Below are positions 29,406-39,244 of a DNA stretch of 64,000 nucleotides, piece after piece. Origin of the DNA: an uncultured virus (IMG/VR IMGVR_UViG_3300025641_000004) (taxonomy: Duplodnaviria > Heunggongvirae > Uroviricota > Caudoviricetes); IMG/VR virus record IMGVR_UViG_3300025641_000004, one strand, 5' to 3'. Numbering within the stretch: position 1 is the stretch's first letter; the number at the start of each line of letters is the position of its first letter. The position numbers and the translations under genes were made by a program. The notes below the pieces were generated by a model. It searched no databases. It saw nothing but the letters and a program-made list of their open reading frames with translations, and was not told the origin of the DNA.

Positions 29406-29430
29406 CTATATTATATTTATATAGATATCT

Positions 29431-29616
29431 TTATTGATTTTTCTGCTTTTCGTTCTCTTCTTTTATCCATTCAAGTAATAAGGAAATATAAATTTCCCTC
29501 TCCCATGGCATCATATTCTCAAGTTCTGTTAAACTATATTTATGATGTTGCATTAAAGCAAAGTTGGTCTTATAATAATTAAACAAAGACTCATGAGAGA
29601 GGCATACTAGAAAAAA
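29431..29616 (-). CDS. gp51: gp51-like hub assembly ORF in the -1 frame, no proper start codon
   Basis: FFLVCLSHESLFNYYKTNFALMQHHKYSLTELENMMPWEREIYISLLLEWIKEENEKQKNQ*. Confidence 0.8.
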   Translation of the reverse strand, partial: FFLVCLSHESLFNYYKTNFALMQHHKYSLTELENMMPWEREIYISLLLEWIKEENEKQKNQ

Positions 29617-30305
29617 CTCTCTGCGCCTGAAAGAACATATGTATTATCTTTTTTACACTTAACGCATTTAAATTGTATTTCCTTTTCAAGCTTTGGCGCG
29701 CATTCAATAATTTCTTCGATCTTGCTCATTTGCTCTCGATTAAGACTATTGATAAATTCGTCTAAATCCTCTTTACTTGTTTGCGAAATTGGATATACTT
29801 CATTCTCATCAAAAATGCTTTCAATTACGCTTCTAATATAAAATGAAAACATATCATTAACATCATCTCCAACATCTACGCCTAAAGAGGCGGCTGAAAT
29901 ATAACGTGGGATAATACCAATTTTATCTGTTAGCATTACCTTATCAGGCAACGGCTCTTTTTTATTAACTTCTATTTCATCTAAGTTAATTTCAATTTCG
30001 TTAGATGCTTCACAATGTTTGCATTTGACAGAAACTTCTGCGACTTCGCCAACGCTCTTTGCTCTTAACTTAAGGAAAATATATTCAACGTCGAAGTTTG
30101 TCAGATCATTAAAATTAATATTTCCAAATGTACAAGACCCAATAACGTCATTAATTGCCTTTGTAATTTCTGAAGTCTTTTTAGATTCCTGAGCTAGTAA
30201 TAATAGCTTTTCTTCTTTAACTAAGAAAGGCCTAAATTCTATTTTTTTACCATTTGACGGAATGGTAAGAGAATATTTTGGAGTAGTTATTTTTGGTAAG
30301 TTCAT
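29607..30305 (-). CDS. gp26: Baseplate hub assembly chaperone (gp26-like)
   Basis: LPKI.TPKY.L.IPS, FRPFLVKEEK.LL, FDVEYIFLKLRAKSVGE, two CxxC, ends G.ESFF. Confidence 0.9.
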   Translation of the reverse strand: MNLPKITTPKYSLTIPSNGKKIEFRPFLVKEEKLLLLAQESKKTSEITKAINDVIGSCTFGNINFNDLTNFDVEYIFLKLRAKSVGEVAEVSVKCKHCEASNEIEINLDEIEVNKKEPLPDKVMLTDKIGIIPRYISAASLGVDVGDDVNDMFSFYIRSVIESIFDENEVYPISQTSKEDLDEFINSLNREQMSKIEEIIECAPKLEKEIQFKCVKCKKDNTYVLSGAESFF

Positions 30306-30323
30306 ATAATTTATATATAAAGC

Positions 30324-30914
30324 TTAATTACCGCCTTTATCATGATCCCACGCTAATTTATTAACTTCAGAATAGCGCTTTTCATCCCATATGCGAATAT
30401 CATTATATGCAAATTCAACTCCGAACTTTGTTAAGTCTGCTGAAGTTTGAGAATATGAAATTCCTCTAATTGTTTTTGGGAATACTTTATCTAGTTCTAA
30501 CACATATGATTTCTTATCTTCCATATCGGTTTGAATAATATGAAGATTACATTTAAACTCTTTTTCATATTTCATTAAGTATGATTCAGAATCTACTACA
30601 AGATTTATCCAACTATCAAATACGCGCTTAGGCATCATATCGGCTGTCATATTAAACTCAACCGAAAATCCTTCATTAACATATCCCGTTGGAACTTCAG
30701 ATGTATGTCTAAACAAGTCATACCCAAAGGTTTGCAGTTGTCTCCCAGGCATAGATGCAGAATCAACTAAATAAGAAAGCTCTCTAAGATCCTCTGTTGT
30801 TGCATCTAATTTACTACTTAAAGTCGCCATTCCTGAAAAATCAAGTTTAAATCGATTAGCAAGCGCAGGACCTCTTTTATTAAAGATAGATTTTAATTTA
30901 TTAATTGAAGCCAT
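30324..30914 (-). CDS. gp54: Tail tube initiator / tube-like protein
   Basis: A.ANRF, S.SMPG, F..W...V, FP..I..I.Y, F.V.FAY. Confidence 0.75.
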   Translation of the reverse strand: MASINKLKSIFNKRGPALANRFKLDFSGMATLSSKLDATTEDLRELSYLVDSASMPGRQLQTFGYDLFRHTSEVPTGYVNEGFSVEFNMTADMMPKRVFDSWINLVVDSESYLMKYEKEFKCNLHIIQTDMEDKKSYVLELDKVFPKTIRGISYSQTSADLTKFGVEFAYNDIRIWDEKRYSEVNKLAWDHDKGGN

Positions 30915-30923
30915 ATTATTTTA

Positions 30924-31541
30924 TTATTTGTTTCCTCTGAATTTACGATTTGAATCTCTCCAAACCTTTCTTTTTGTTGCTTTCTGAAAATTTTCGGTTG
31001 GCATAAACAATGCGACCTCCCAGAACTTTGGAGGAACTAACATCATAATTGTTTTTACCTGACTAAAAAGATATTTTTTATATGCAGGTTTAAAATATCT
31101 AAATTTCATACTATCATTTAGTTTATCATATGAAACTCTAAATTTTGTTCTTACGGCAGAACCTGTTGTATTTTCATCAACCTCCTGAAGCATAAATGTT
31201 CTCATTCGATCAAACAGTTTTGCTCTATCATAAGGATGAAGGTAATGTAAATTTATTCCATAGAAGCCATCTTTAACAGTCTTCACCGGTATTACTAAAG
31301 GGAACGTATCATAATAGGGAAGTGTTTTAGCATGCTTTGGATCATACCCATACATAAACACTCGACCAGGTATAATTTTTGGTCTTTTTAGTAAAGCGTC
31401 ATCTGTAATAATCCGCCTTGGGTTTCTAACAGCTCTGAGATATTTTAAGTTATCAAAGAACCACTTTTTGCTTTCCTTTGTATATGGGCCGATGCCAGCT
31501 GCAATAGCTTTATCATATTGTTTTTCAAAGGTGCTTGCCAT
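30924..31541 (-). CDS. gp2: DNA end protector protein
   Basis: YDPKHAKTLPYYDTFPLV, GINLHYL, K.Y..S.V, VW.DS. Confidence 0.93.
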   Translation of the reverse strand: MASTFEKQYDKAIAAGIGPYTKESKKWFFDNLKYLRAVRNPRRIITDDALLKRPKIIPGRVFMYGYDPKHAKTLPYYDTFPLVIPVKTVKDGFYGINLHYLHPYDRAKLFDRMRTFMLQEVDENTTGSAVRTKFRVSYDKLNDSMKFRYFKPAYKKYLFSQVKTIMMLVPPKFWEVALFMPTENFQKATKRKVWRDSNRKFRGNK

Positions 31542-31558
31542 ATATTATATTTATAATT

Positions 31559-32005
31559 TTAGGTTAAAAGCTTTATTCCTAGACCTTTAATTGTTTCCTC
31601 TGTCCAAATCGCAAACTTATATCCACGCTTGCTACACCACTTCTCAGCAGCTTCCCATTTACTAATATTCTTAGCATATGTGGTCACTTCATTTATATAC
31701 TTTTTAGTTTTACGTGATCTAACCTTTGGTTCCTCGGTTTGTTTCTTTGGTTTAATCTCAATTAAATAAGTATCGCCTGTATTAAAAGTAACTTTAAGAT
31801 CTGGAAAATATCTATGTTGTTTTCCGTCTGTTTTGCAACGATAAGGAATAATATCTTCTTCGCTGCTCCATTTTAGAACTTGAGATTGAGTGTCGCACCA
31901 CTTGAAAACCTGCATTTCCCAATGTGATCTATACTTAATCTTAGTATAGTCTCCTGCATACTTAGGAATGTTCTTTGGTCTAAATCTGCCAGAATAATAC
32001 TTCAT
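31559..32005 (-). CDS. gp4: Head completion nuclease
   Basis: YSGRFRPKN..KY.GD, YRS.WE, WSSE, HRYFPD, EIKP, KWEAA. Confidence 0.93.
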   Translation of the reverse strand: MKYYSGRFRPKNIPKYAGDYTKIKYRSHWEMQVFKWCDTQSQVLKWSSEEDIIPYRCKTDGKQHRYFPDLKVTFNTGDTYLIEIKPKKQTEEPKVRSRKTKKYINEVTTYAKNISKWEAAEKWCSKRGYKFAIWTEETIKGLGIKLLT

Positions 32006-32012
32006 CTTTCCT

Positions 32013-32038
32013 TATAAATAATAATAATAGTATTTATA
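32013..32038. promoter_or_regulatory. Divergent late promoters for gp4 and gp48
   Basis: TATAAATA on the + strand and TATTTATA (minus-strand TATAAATA) in a 32-bp gap. Confidence 0.7.
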
Positions 32039-32787
32039 TGAGCTTATATTTTCCAGAAAACATTCAAGAGCAAGGCGGAAGACCAGTTATAACATTTACT
32101 TGTTTACAAGGAGGAAGTGGCGGAGGCACAAATGGATCTGCCACTTTCCCAGGTCCTGTTGGTTTACAAATATCAGATTCTGCTAATTACGGAGGAGTTG
32201 AATTAGGAGCATTAGGTGGGACTGCGTTAAATACCTTTGAATCTTCTGGATCAGGTGAAGTTAAAGGAGCGGTTGATAAAGTTAAAAAACAATTAGGAGC
32301 GAATGTTGGGAGTCTTGAAAGCGCTGGTAATACTGCTACAGCGCTTCTTAAAGGTAGTCTGGGTAATGTTGGAAAAGCTTTTGGTATTGCACGAGGTGTA
32401 GCGGCTAATCCTAATACAACAACAGAATTTACAGGAACTAATGTTAGAAGCTTTTCTTTTCAATATAAACTAGTTCCATTTTCTGAAGGAGAATCTCGCT
32501 CAATTAAAAGTATTATTGACTTATTTAGAATTAATTTATACCCTGAAGGCGAATTATTATATTTAAAATATCCACCAAAATGGAGTATATCATACGCAGT
32601 ATTGAATGGTAAGCAACCACCAAACCTTCCAAATTTTGGAGAATGTTATTTAACGTCTTTTTCAACAACATATAACGGCGCCGCCAACGCTTTCTTTGAA
32701 GATGGTAACCCTGTTGAATATGATATTAATTTTACTTTTACAGAGACCAAGGCTCTAACTCGAAAAGATATTTTGGAAATTGGTTAA
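32038..32787 (+). CDS. gp48: Baseplate tail tube cap
   Basis: NP.....F.G...RSFSF.YKL.P.SE.E...I..II..FR...YP; CYL......Y; F.ET..LT. Confidence 0.85.
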   Translation: MSLYFPENIQEQGGRPVITFTCLQGGSGGGTNGSATFPGPVGLQISDSANYGGVELGALGGTALNTFESSGSGEVKGAVDKVKKQLGANVGSLESAGNTATALLKGSLGNVGKAFGIARGVAANPNTTTEFTGTNVRSFSFQYKLVPFSEGESRSIKSIIDLFRINLYPEGELLYLKYPPKWSISYAVLNGKQPPNLPNFGECYLTSFSTTYNGAANAFFEDGNPVEYDINFTFTETKALTRKDILEIG

Positions 32788-32808
32788 TACTATTACATAT
32801 AAATCATC

Positions 32809-33801
32809 ATGGCTTTACCAAGAAAAATAAAATATTTAGATTACTTTGATACCGTCGAATACGACTTTAGCGGCAAAGGCGATTTTAATACAGTTATTGA
32901 TATTACTAAAAACATTATCATTAAAGATAAATCAACTAGCGTCCGCTATTTAAAATATTCAATTAAAGATGGCGAACGGCCCGACACTGTTTCTTTAAAC
33001 TTATATAATGATCCACAATATTATTGGCTTTTCTTTTTATATAATAATTCATTGAGAAATGGTATAGAAGGTTGGCCTCTTTCTAATTCTCAATTTGATA
33101 GAATGATTGAATCTGAATATGACGGGTATAGTTTTATTTGTCCAGAGCCGATGCCAACTATATCAAATTCTACAAGGCATTCACAGAACTATTTCTTTCA
33201 AAAGTTACCTCTTAATAAAAAATATTACTCTTCTATTAATATATATGTAAAAGACATTAATGATGACCTTCAGAAAAGCGATTTAAAAATTAAAAATGTT
33301 GATAATAACCGATTTGGTATTATACTTGAAAAAGGAACAAATAATTATATAACGGAATTAGGTATCGGAAATAAAATTGTTGATAATGCTTTTCAGCCTG
33401 AGTCATTAGGAATTATATATTTAGAAGCAGATAGCTCGCCTCTTGGACAAGAATGGTTAGAAATTATTGAAGAATCTACATTTAATCAAACAATAACCGA
33501 AGGTGGCAAAACTCTTATTCCTTTATATTATAACATCAGATTATCTCACGAATTTTTGAAAAACGCGTCTTATCAATATTATGATAATTTTGTACAAGGA
33601 GAAACGTTATTAAATCAAAAAATAATTTCTCATTATGATGTAGTTACTAATGCAATCTATAATCAAGAGATATCTTTTCCTCAAGAAATAACATTTATTG
33701 AATATGAAAGAATAATTAATGAGCGCAAGAAAGACATTATTGTTCCTAAGAAAGAATCTTTATCTGACTTAACATATCAATATAGAACTTTACTAACATA
33801 G
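32809..33801 (+). CDS. gp53: Baseplate wedge protein
   Basis: Y.IKDGERPD.VS..LY.DPQYYW, WPLS, EYE...NE.K..I. Confidence 0.85.
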   Translation: MALPRKIKYLDYFDTVEYDFSGKGDFNTVIDITKNIIIKDKSTSVRYLKYSIKDGERPDTVSLNLYNDPQYYWLFFLYNNSLRNGIEGWPLSNSQFDRMIESEYDGYSFICPEPMPTISNSTRHSQNYFFQKLPLNKKYYSSINIYVKDINDDLQKSDLKIKNVDNNRFGIILEKGTNNYITELGIGNKIVDNAFQPESLGIIYLEADSSPLGQEWLEIIEESTFNQTITEGGKTLIPLYYNIRLSHEFLKNASYQYYDNFVQGETLLNQKIISHYDVVTNAIYNQEISFPQEITFIEYERIINERKKDIIVPKKESLSDLTYQYRTLLT

Positions 33802-33806
33802 TATAA

Positions 33807-35384
33807 ATGGGAATTTTAAATGTAGATAAGGATCGGCCTGAAAACCATAGTCCTAAAACGCTTGATGCTGATGGTAATTCAACAGTGCCAGCTTCATATG
33901 AAATCGTTAAAATGGTTTTAATCAATGAAGATGGTATTGAAGAAGAAAACTTCAGTAAAATTGTTTCATCTATTAAAATTATTGAAGAAATATACTCTCC
34001 TATTATTACATGTAAAATTTCAGTGTCAGATGACGATGATTTTTTCCAAAAGTTTAAAATATCTGGAAAGGAAATTTTAAAGTTATCATTAATAAAGAAA
34101 ACCGCAAATGATCAACAATCAATTGATCTTACTTTAGTTTCTTTAGAATATCCAACATATACAAAGTCTGCTGATGGAATTCACATTCAAGAATATGATA
34201 TTATCTTTATAACACCATTTGGCTATTTCAGTAAAATTCAAACGATATCTGAATCTATTGAAGGAAACATATTTGATATTGTTAAAGAATTATATGAAAG
34301 TAAATTAGGAGTTCCAAAAAGTAATATTCTTGTTAATGGGACATGCCCTCATAAAATTAAAACAGTTCTAACAAAGAAGACTCCATTACAAGCAATTTCA
34401 TGGGTCCTATCAAAAGCGTTTTCTGATGAAGGCGGATCTCAATTAAAGTTTAGCCCATTCTTTATGTGGCAAACAATAAACACTCAATTTAAAGATAAGA
34501 TTTTAATTACTTCATGGGAAAAGATTCTTAACACAGTGGCTGAAGGAGAACCTTATGTTTATAAAAAGTTTTTTGAAGGAAAGCCTGGAACTGATGAATA
34601 TCAAAAGGATGTATTACACACAATAATATCCTTTTCGTCATCTTTAAAATTAAATAAGCTAAAAGAAATTAGCGAAGGCGGTTATGGCAGCCAATTAAAT
34701 GTTTTTGAATATGATAAGAATTACGTTGCGGCTGAAGAGGTAGACGCTAATTTGTTTATTCCTTCAGAAGAACTTAACGATCCTAAGTATTCAATGGATA
34801 AGTTTCAATCTCAGGTTACTAAAATTTTAAAAAATAAAAAAGGAAAATATAAAGAAACTATTAATAATAAAAGTACGCTTGGTAGCACGTTTAGTTTCTC
34901 TTCTCAAAATAATAAAAAACAAAGTAACAATATATTTACAGGTATTATTTCATCTGCCACAGGAGGAATTAAAGAAGCTATCATTAATGACGCTTTTAAA
35001 GCGAAGAGCTTAGCAAAAAATAAAGATATCTTTTTACATAAGCCCGCTCCTTTATATGAAGACCTCCCGCCCGGGACGCTAACTACGATTGATATTAAAG
35101 AAATTTATAGTCAGCGTGAAATGTTTTTTAAATCTTTATCGGAAAATATTTCTCACTCATGTACTTTATATGGAGATTTTAATTTAAATCCAGGAAGAAA
35201 AATAACAATTAATATTCCTGCGGCAGATGGCGGTAAGTCGATAGATGGCGGTAAAGTTGGTATAACCGATTTAGATTCAAATTTATCAGGCGATTATACA
35301 ATTGCAGTTGCTATTCATATATTTAAGAATGGTGAATATACAACTAAATTGAAATTAATTAAACCGCTGCAAACTAAAAAATAA
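33807..35384 (+). CDS. Baseplate hub protein (gp27-like)
   Basis: I.EEIYSP.IT, G.E.L.L, G....PG..I.I, LSG.Y.I...H; between gp53 and gp5. Confidence 0.65.
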   Translation: MGILNVDKDRPENHSPKTLDADGNSTVPASYEIVKMVLINEDGIEEENFSKIVSSIKIIEEIYSPIITCKISVSDDDDFFQKFKISGKEILKLSLIKKTANDQQSIDLTLVSLEYPTYTKSADGIHIQEYDIIFITPFGYFSKIQTISESIEGNIFDIVKELYESKLGVPKSNILVNGTCPHKIKTVLTKKTPLQAISWVLSKAFSDEGGSQLKFSPFFMWQTINTQFKDKILITSWEKILNTVAEGEPYVYKKFFEGKPGTDEYQKDVLHTIISFSSSLKLNKLKEISEGGYGSQLNVFEYDKNYVAAEEVDANLFIPSEELNDPKYSMDKFQSQVTKILKNKKGKYKETINNKSTLGSTFSFSSQNNKKQSNNIFTGIISSATGGIKEAIINDAFKAKSLAKNKDIFLHKPAPLYEDLPPGTLTTIDIKEIYSQREMFFKSLSENISHSCTLYGDFNLNPGRKITINIPAADGGKSIDGGKVGITDLDSNLSGDYTIAVAIHIFKNGEYTTKLKLIKPLQTKK

Positions 35385-35390
35385 ATTAAT

Positions 35391-36323
35391 ATGATAGAAG
35401 GATTTGCAACAGCCGTGGTTGAAGATGTTAACGACCCATTAAGTATGGGCCGAGTAAAAGCTCGATGCCTTGAGTATCATACAACCGATATGTTGGCGCT
35501 TCCAACCGAAGATTTACCTTGGGCTACATGTTTACTTCCAGTGGATAGTGCCGGTGTTGCTAGCGTTGGCTCTACCAATGTTCAACTAATTAAAGGATCA
35601 TGGGTAACTGGTTTTTTCAGAGACCCGGGTGATTATCAAGATTTTGTTATTATTGGAGCATACCCTAAATCCAATAGTGAAACCGGCATGGGAGTGAGTG
35701 GTGGAACATCTGCGGCAACAGGCGGTTTTGTTGGAGCCAATAGTGGATGGGATGGGTTCCCTGCTCCGGCGACTGTAGCTGGTAGTCCAGCAGAAAAAAT
35801 AATTTCACTTTGTAAAAGCCAATTACAAGTAAGAGAAACAAGTGGAAATAATCAAGGACCAGGGCTGCAAAAATATTGGGATTCTGTCGGATGGGATGGT
35901 TATTCTAGTCGTCAGCCATGGTGTGCAGCATTTGTAACATGGATTGTAGAACAAACAGGCGTATTAGAAGATAAAGATAGACCAAAGACCGCTAGTGCGT
36001 TTGCTTATAGGCAATGGGCTAATAAACACCCTCACCTTGCTCAACGCAGAGTTAATCCTCAAACCGTATATGCGGGTGACATTGTTGTTTTTAAATTTTC
36101 TCATATTGGTATGGCTATTGAAAACTCAAATGGCGGATATGTGCAATGCATTGAAGGTAATACAAACGCAGCAGGATCACGTGAAGGCCATGGCGTTTAT
36201 ATTAAAAAACGAGCTCTAAGTTTAATTACAGATTCAATTTCAATTGCAGCATCGCCTGAGAGGGGCGGTATGGCTCCAAGTGGAACTATAGCAACTGGTC
36301 AACCCGGGACTCCAACTGCATAA
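35391..36323 (+). CDS. gp5: gp5 N-terminal OB-fold fused to CHAP amidase
   Basis: VVEDVNDPL..GRVKARC..H, LPTEDLPWA, GSWVTGFFRD; CHAP PWCAAFV.W, GDIVVF..SHIG, IEGNT. Confidence 0.88.
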   Translation: MIEGFATAVVEDVNDPLSMGRVKARCLEYHTTDMLALPTEDLPWATCLLPVDSAGVASVGSTNVQLIKGSWVTGFFRDPGDYQDFVIIGAYPKSNSETGMGVSGGTSAATGGFVGANSGWDGFPAPATVAGSPAEKIISLCKSQLQVRETSGNNQGPGLQKYWDSVGWDGYSSRQPWCAAFVTWIVEQTGVLEDKDRPKTASAFAYRQWANKHPHLAQRRVNPQTVYAGDIVVFKFSHIGMAIENSNGGYVQCIEGNTNAAGSREGHGVYIKKRALSLITDSISIAASPERGGMAPSGTIATGQPGTPTA

Positions 36324-36336
36324 ATAAATAAAGAGT

Positions 36337-37239
36337 ATGGCAGAATCTGAAAACATTTCTCCTGGGCAAATCGAATTTAATTTGCCTACGAGTATGGGCG
36401 CCTTAGAGTCTTGCTCTCAAACCGTATCATTAAGGAAGACCTTAGGTGGCCATCAGTTTGTTGAAGATAATACTTTAGCAGTTGAAAGAATTAAAAGAAC
36501 TCACGCCAGCGGAACTTTTGAGGAGTTTACTCCAGAAGGTGGAAGGACTGTTGTTGTAGAAGGCGATGATTACACTGCAGTATTTAAAGATAAGACAATT
36601 GTAGTAAGTGGTAACGTTACAGTTGTTATTGGCGATTCGTGTAACTTAAATGTAACAAATGATTTAAATATTAATGTTGGAGGAAACATGAATGTTAATG
36701 TTAAAGGTAATGTTGATACTCGTGTTGATGGAAACGATTTTAAAGCAGTTACGGGTGATGTTGGTTTAAAGACTGGACAAAATTATAAATTAAATGTTCA
36801 TGCTGATGCTGAGGAAACTATTAATGGCGCTCATCGTCATAAAGTACTTGGATCAGAATTTAATTCTTACGTTGCCGGTAATAAAGTTGGATTCACTGGT
36901 ATAAATGATACGCAGGTTATTAATGGATCAAAAGTTACGGCTGTTCCTAATGGAGCAATAACACTTGCAGGACAATCCTTTGACGCTGGAATAGCAAATG
37001 GTATTAATTTTGATTGCGGCGGCACTTTTCGTTTTTCAGGTAGTGAATTATTTGTTGAACAAAAAACATGGCTGCTTGATCAGCTTGATGTTGCTGCTGC
37101 ACAACAAAACCACTCAACTCTTGAAGCAGATGGAAAAATTACCGGTTACGCAGATGTATTTGGTCCGGCTGTTTCTCTATCATCACACATCCATCCGTAT
37201 GGTGGAGTTCACGGTTCTTCAACTGGAGGCCCCGCATAA
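36337..37239 (+). CDS. gp5 C-terminal beta-helix spike with gpV-like tip
   Basis: GH...EDNT...ERI...HASGTF.E; V.G. repeats; ends VSLSSHIH......STGGP. Confidence 0.85.
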   Translation: MAESENISPGQIEFNLPTSMGALESCSQTVSLRKTLGGHQFVEDNTLAVERIKRTHASGTFEEFTPEGGRTVVVEGDDYTAVFKDKTIVVSGNVTVVIGDSCNLNVTNDLNINVGGNMNVNVKGNVDTRVDGNDFKAVTGDVGLKTGQNYKLNVHADAEETINGAHRHKVLGSEFNSYVAGNKVGFTGINDTQVINGSKVTAVPNGAITLAGQSFDAGIANGINFDCGGTFRFSGSELFVEQKTWLLDQLDVAAAQQNHSTLEADGKITGYADVFGPAVSLSSHIHPYGGVHGSSTGGPA

Positions 37240-37248
37240 TTAAATAAT

Positions 37249-38784
37249 ATGGCTATTAATGTAAATGGGTTTGGAAACAAGCTAAGTGGGATAGGTTTAA
37301 ATCAAGCTATCTCTCAAGTATCTTCCGCCGGCGATTGTTTTAAGGATATTGATAATCTTGTATTAGATAATGCGCAAGAGCAAGTTTTAAAAGCAATTTC
37401 GGAAATTCCAGCAGCTAAAGACTTAAGTAAAAATATTGCTAAGATGCAAGAAATGTCTGACACCGTCAAAAAGATGGGTGATGAAATAAATGAGTTAAAA
37501 GAAAAGAACTTATCTGACTTATTAAAGCAAGCGGCTGGCGCCGGTATTCTTGAAAGGATTCCACTTATTGCGAATATACAATCAAAATTCGGAGATGCTG
37601 TTGAAGATTTAAACAGTTTAGTAGATAACATTACATCTTTTGATCCATGTAGTATGGTTAATTTTAAAGTTGATGCAAATGGTAATGCAAAAGAAATTCC
37701 TGCACCAGGTAAATTTTTAAATGAACAGCCAAAACCCTTTCCGGCTTTTACTCCACCGGTTAATGTAAACTATGCGGCTGAAGAAGCTAAAGCCGATTAT
37801 CGACAAGCGATGGCTAGAATGGGCGATGTTGTTAACGATAAAACAAACGTCTCAAAGACTGAAAGCGGAATGAGTATGATGTCAAGTTTACAATTTATTG
37901 GGCGGGATTATCATGATTCATTAGCAGGAACAAGAGCGCCCGAGGTATTACCATATGCTACAGAACGTAGTCAAGATCCTATAACTGCTTTACAACAAGC
38001 AGCAGATGAAGAACTGAGAAAGAATGAAAAAACATGGAGTTCAGAAGATAAGAAAGAGTTTAAAACTAGAGTTACTCAATTAACAGATCTTGGAAATAAA
38101 GATGGCTCAATAATAGGTAAACACTTTCAAATTAAAAAAGCGGAAGAAGGCCCTGAATCATGGACTGGTAATAACTTCTTTAATATTCCTGATAATATTC
38201 TTTCACCAACATCAAATAAAAAGGCGGGTGATAGTAAAATAACAAAGGGAACTGTTTCAATAGGTGCTTTAGCATCAACTGGTATAACAATCTATGGTGG
38301 TCCTGATTGGAATTATTTAAGATTCCTTTTAATAGCTCCTGAAGATCGTCCTCAAAAACTAATTGATTATTGGATTGACGAAAGAAATAAAAATATTGAA
38401 GAAGACACTAATAGATTAAGTAACCAATTTGGAATTAAATTGGGAACTCGTAGTTATAATTCAATGTTTATCGGCGTGTATAATCAGGAATTAAAATCTG
38501 GATATAGTGTATCAAGCACTAAGTTTAAAGGAGGAACCGTTTTACAATTAAAGAATAGAGATGGTTCTATATATGATCCTGCTGGAATAAACTCAAAGGG
38601 ATTAGTTACGGTTGTTGATGCTGCAGAAGGAATTAAAGATTTTTCATTATTAAATTTATATGTTGGAGCTGAACATGTTGAAGCATATAGTAAAACACAA
38701 CTACAAAGCGTTCAAGCATACTTATATTCAAGTGGAACACAAGTATCATCATTATATACAACCGCCCAGGAAAAGTGGGGCTAA
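37249..38784 (+). CDS. Baseplate-associated protein, possible C-terminal 3D/double-psi barrel domain
   Basis: Helical N-terminus; TIYG..GVYNQELKSGYSVSS...GTVLQL..VTVVD..NLY. Confidence 0.5.
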   Translation: MAINVNGFGNKLSGIGLNQAISQVSSAGDCFKDIDNLVLDNAQEQVLKAISEIPAAKDLSKNIAKMQEMSDTVKKMGDEINELKEKNLSDLLKQAAGAGILERIPLIANIQSKFGDAVEDLNSLVDNITSFDPCSMVNFKVDANGNAKEIPAPGKFLNEQPKPFPAFTPPVNVNYAAEEAKADYRQAMARMGDVVNDKTNVSKTESGMSMMSSLQFIGRDYHDSLAGTRAPEVLPYATERSQDPITALQQAADEELRKNEKTWSSEDKKEFKTRVTQLTDLGNKDGSIIGKHFQIKKAEEGPESWTGNNFFNIPDNILSPTSNKKAGDSKITKGTVSIGALASTGITIYGGPDWNYLRFLLIAPEDRPQKLIDYWIDERNKNIEEDTNRLSNQFGIKLGTRSYNSMFIGVYNQELKSGYSVSSTKFKGGTVLQLKNRDGSIYDPAGINSKGLVTVVDAAEGIKDFSLLNLYVGAEHVEAYSKTQLQSVQAYLYSSGTQVSSLYTTAQEKWG

Positions 38785-38808
38785 TTTTTTATTATAAATA
38801 AATAATAT

Positions 38809-39240
38809 ATGAACACCATTCTGTCAGACTTTAACTCACCTGGTTATTCGCCAAAGGTTATTTCAGAAAGATATTATAGTGATATTAGTGATAGTTTAAC
38901 TCACCCAATTTCTGGCAGAGTTATTTTAGCAACCGATATTGACGCTATTAAAAATAGTATAAGAAATATTATTTTAACTCCAGCAGGATCACGAGCATTT
39001 AATCCTTCATTTGGGACTAAAATACAAACCCTTTTATTTGAACATCCTACTCCGGTTACGGCAATTTCTATTAGAAGCGAAATCAAAATTGCTTTATCTA
39101 GACTCGAACCAAGAGTAAAAATAAAGAGCGTTGAAGTTTTTCAAAGACAATTTGATACAGATTACGACGTATCAATAGTATTTATAGCAGGATATGATAC
39201 AGATGAAGAAGTCACATTTACATTAAACAGATTAAGATAA
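38809..39240 (+). CDS. gp25: Baseplate wedge subunit
   Basis: AIKNSIRNIILT..G.R.FNP.FG..I..LLFE, EPRV; TATAAATA upstream. Confidence 0.92.
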   Translation: MNTILSDFNSPGYSPKVISERYYSDISDSLTHPISGRVILATDIDAIKNSIRNIILTPAGSRAFNPSFGTKIQTLLFEHPTPVTAISIRSEIKIALSRLEPRVKIKSVEVFQRQFDTDYDVSIVFIAGYDTDEEVTFTLNRLR

Positions 39241-39244
39241 TTTT

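Noticed and set aside
27367..29424. Long plus-strand ORFs antisense to the tape measure gene
   Set aside because: Shadow ORFs produced by codon bias of the real minus-strand gene; no motifs or plausible starts
31559..32005. TnsA-like nuclease as sign of a transposon
   Set aside because: Sequence and synteny with gp2 and gp48 identify it as head completion protein gp4
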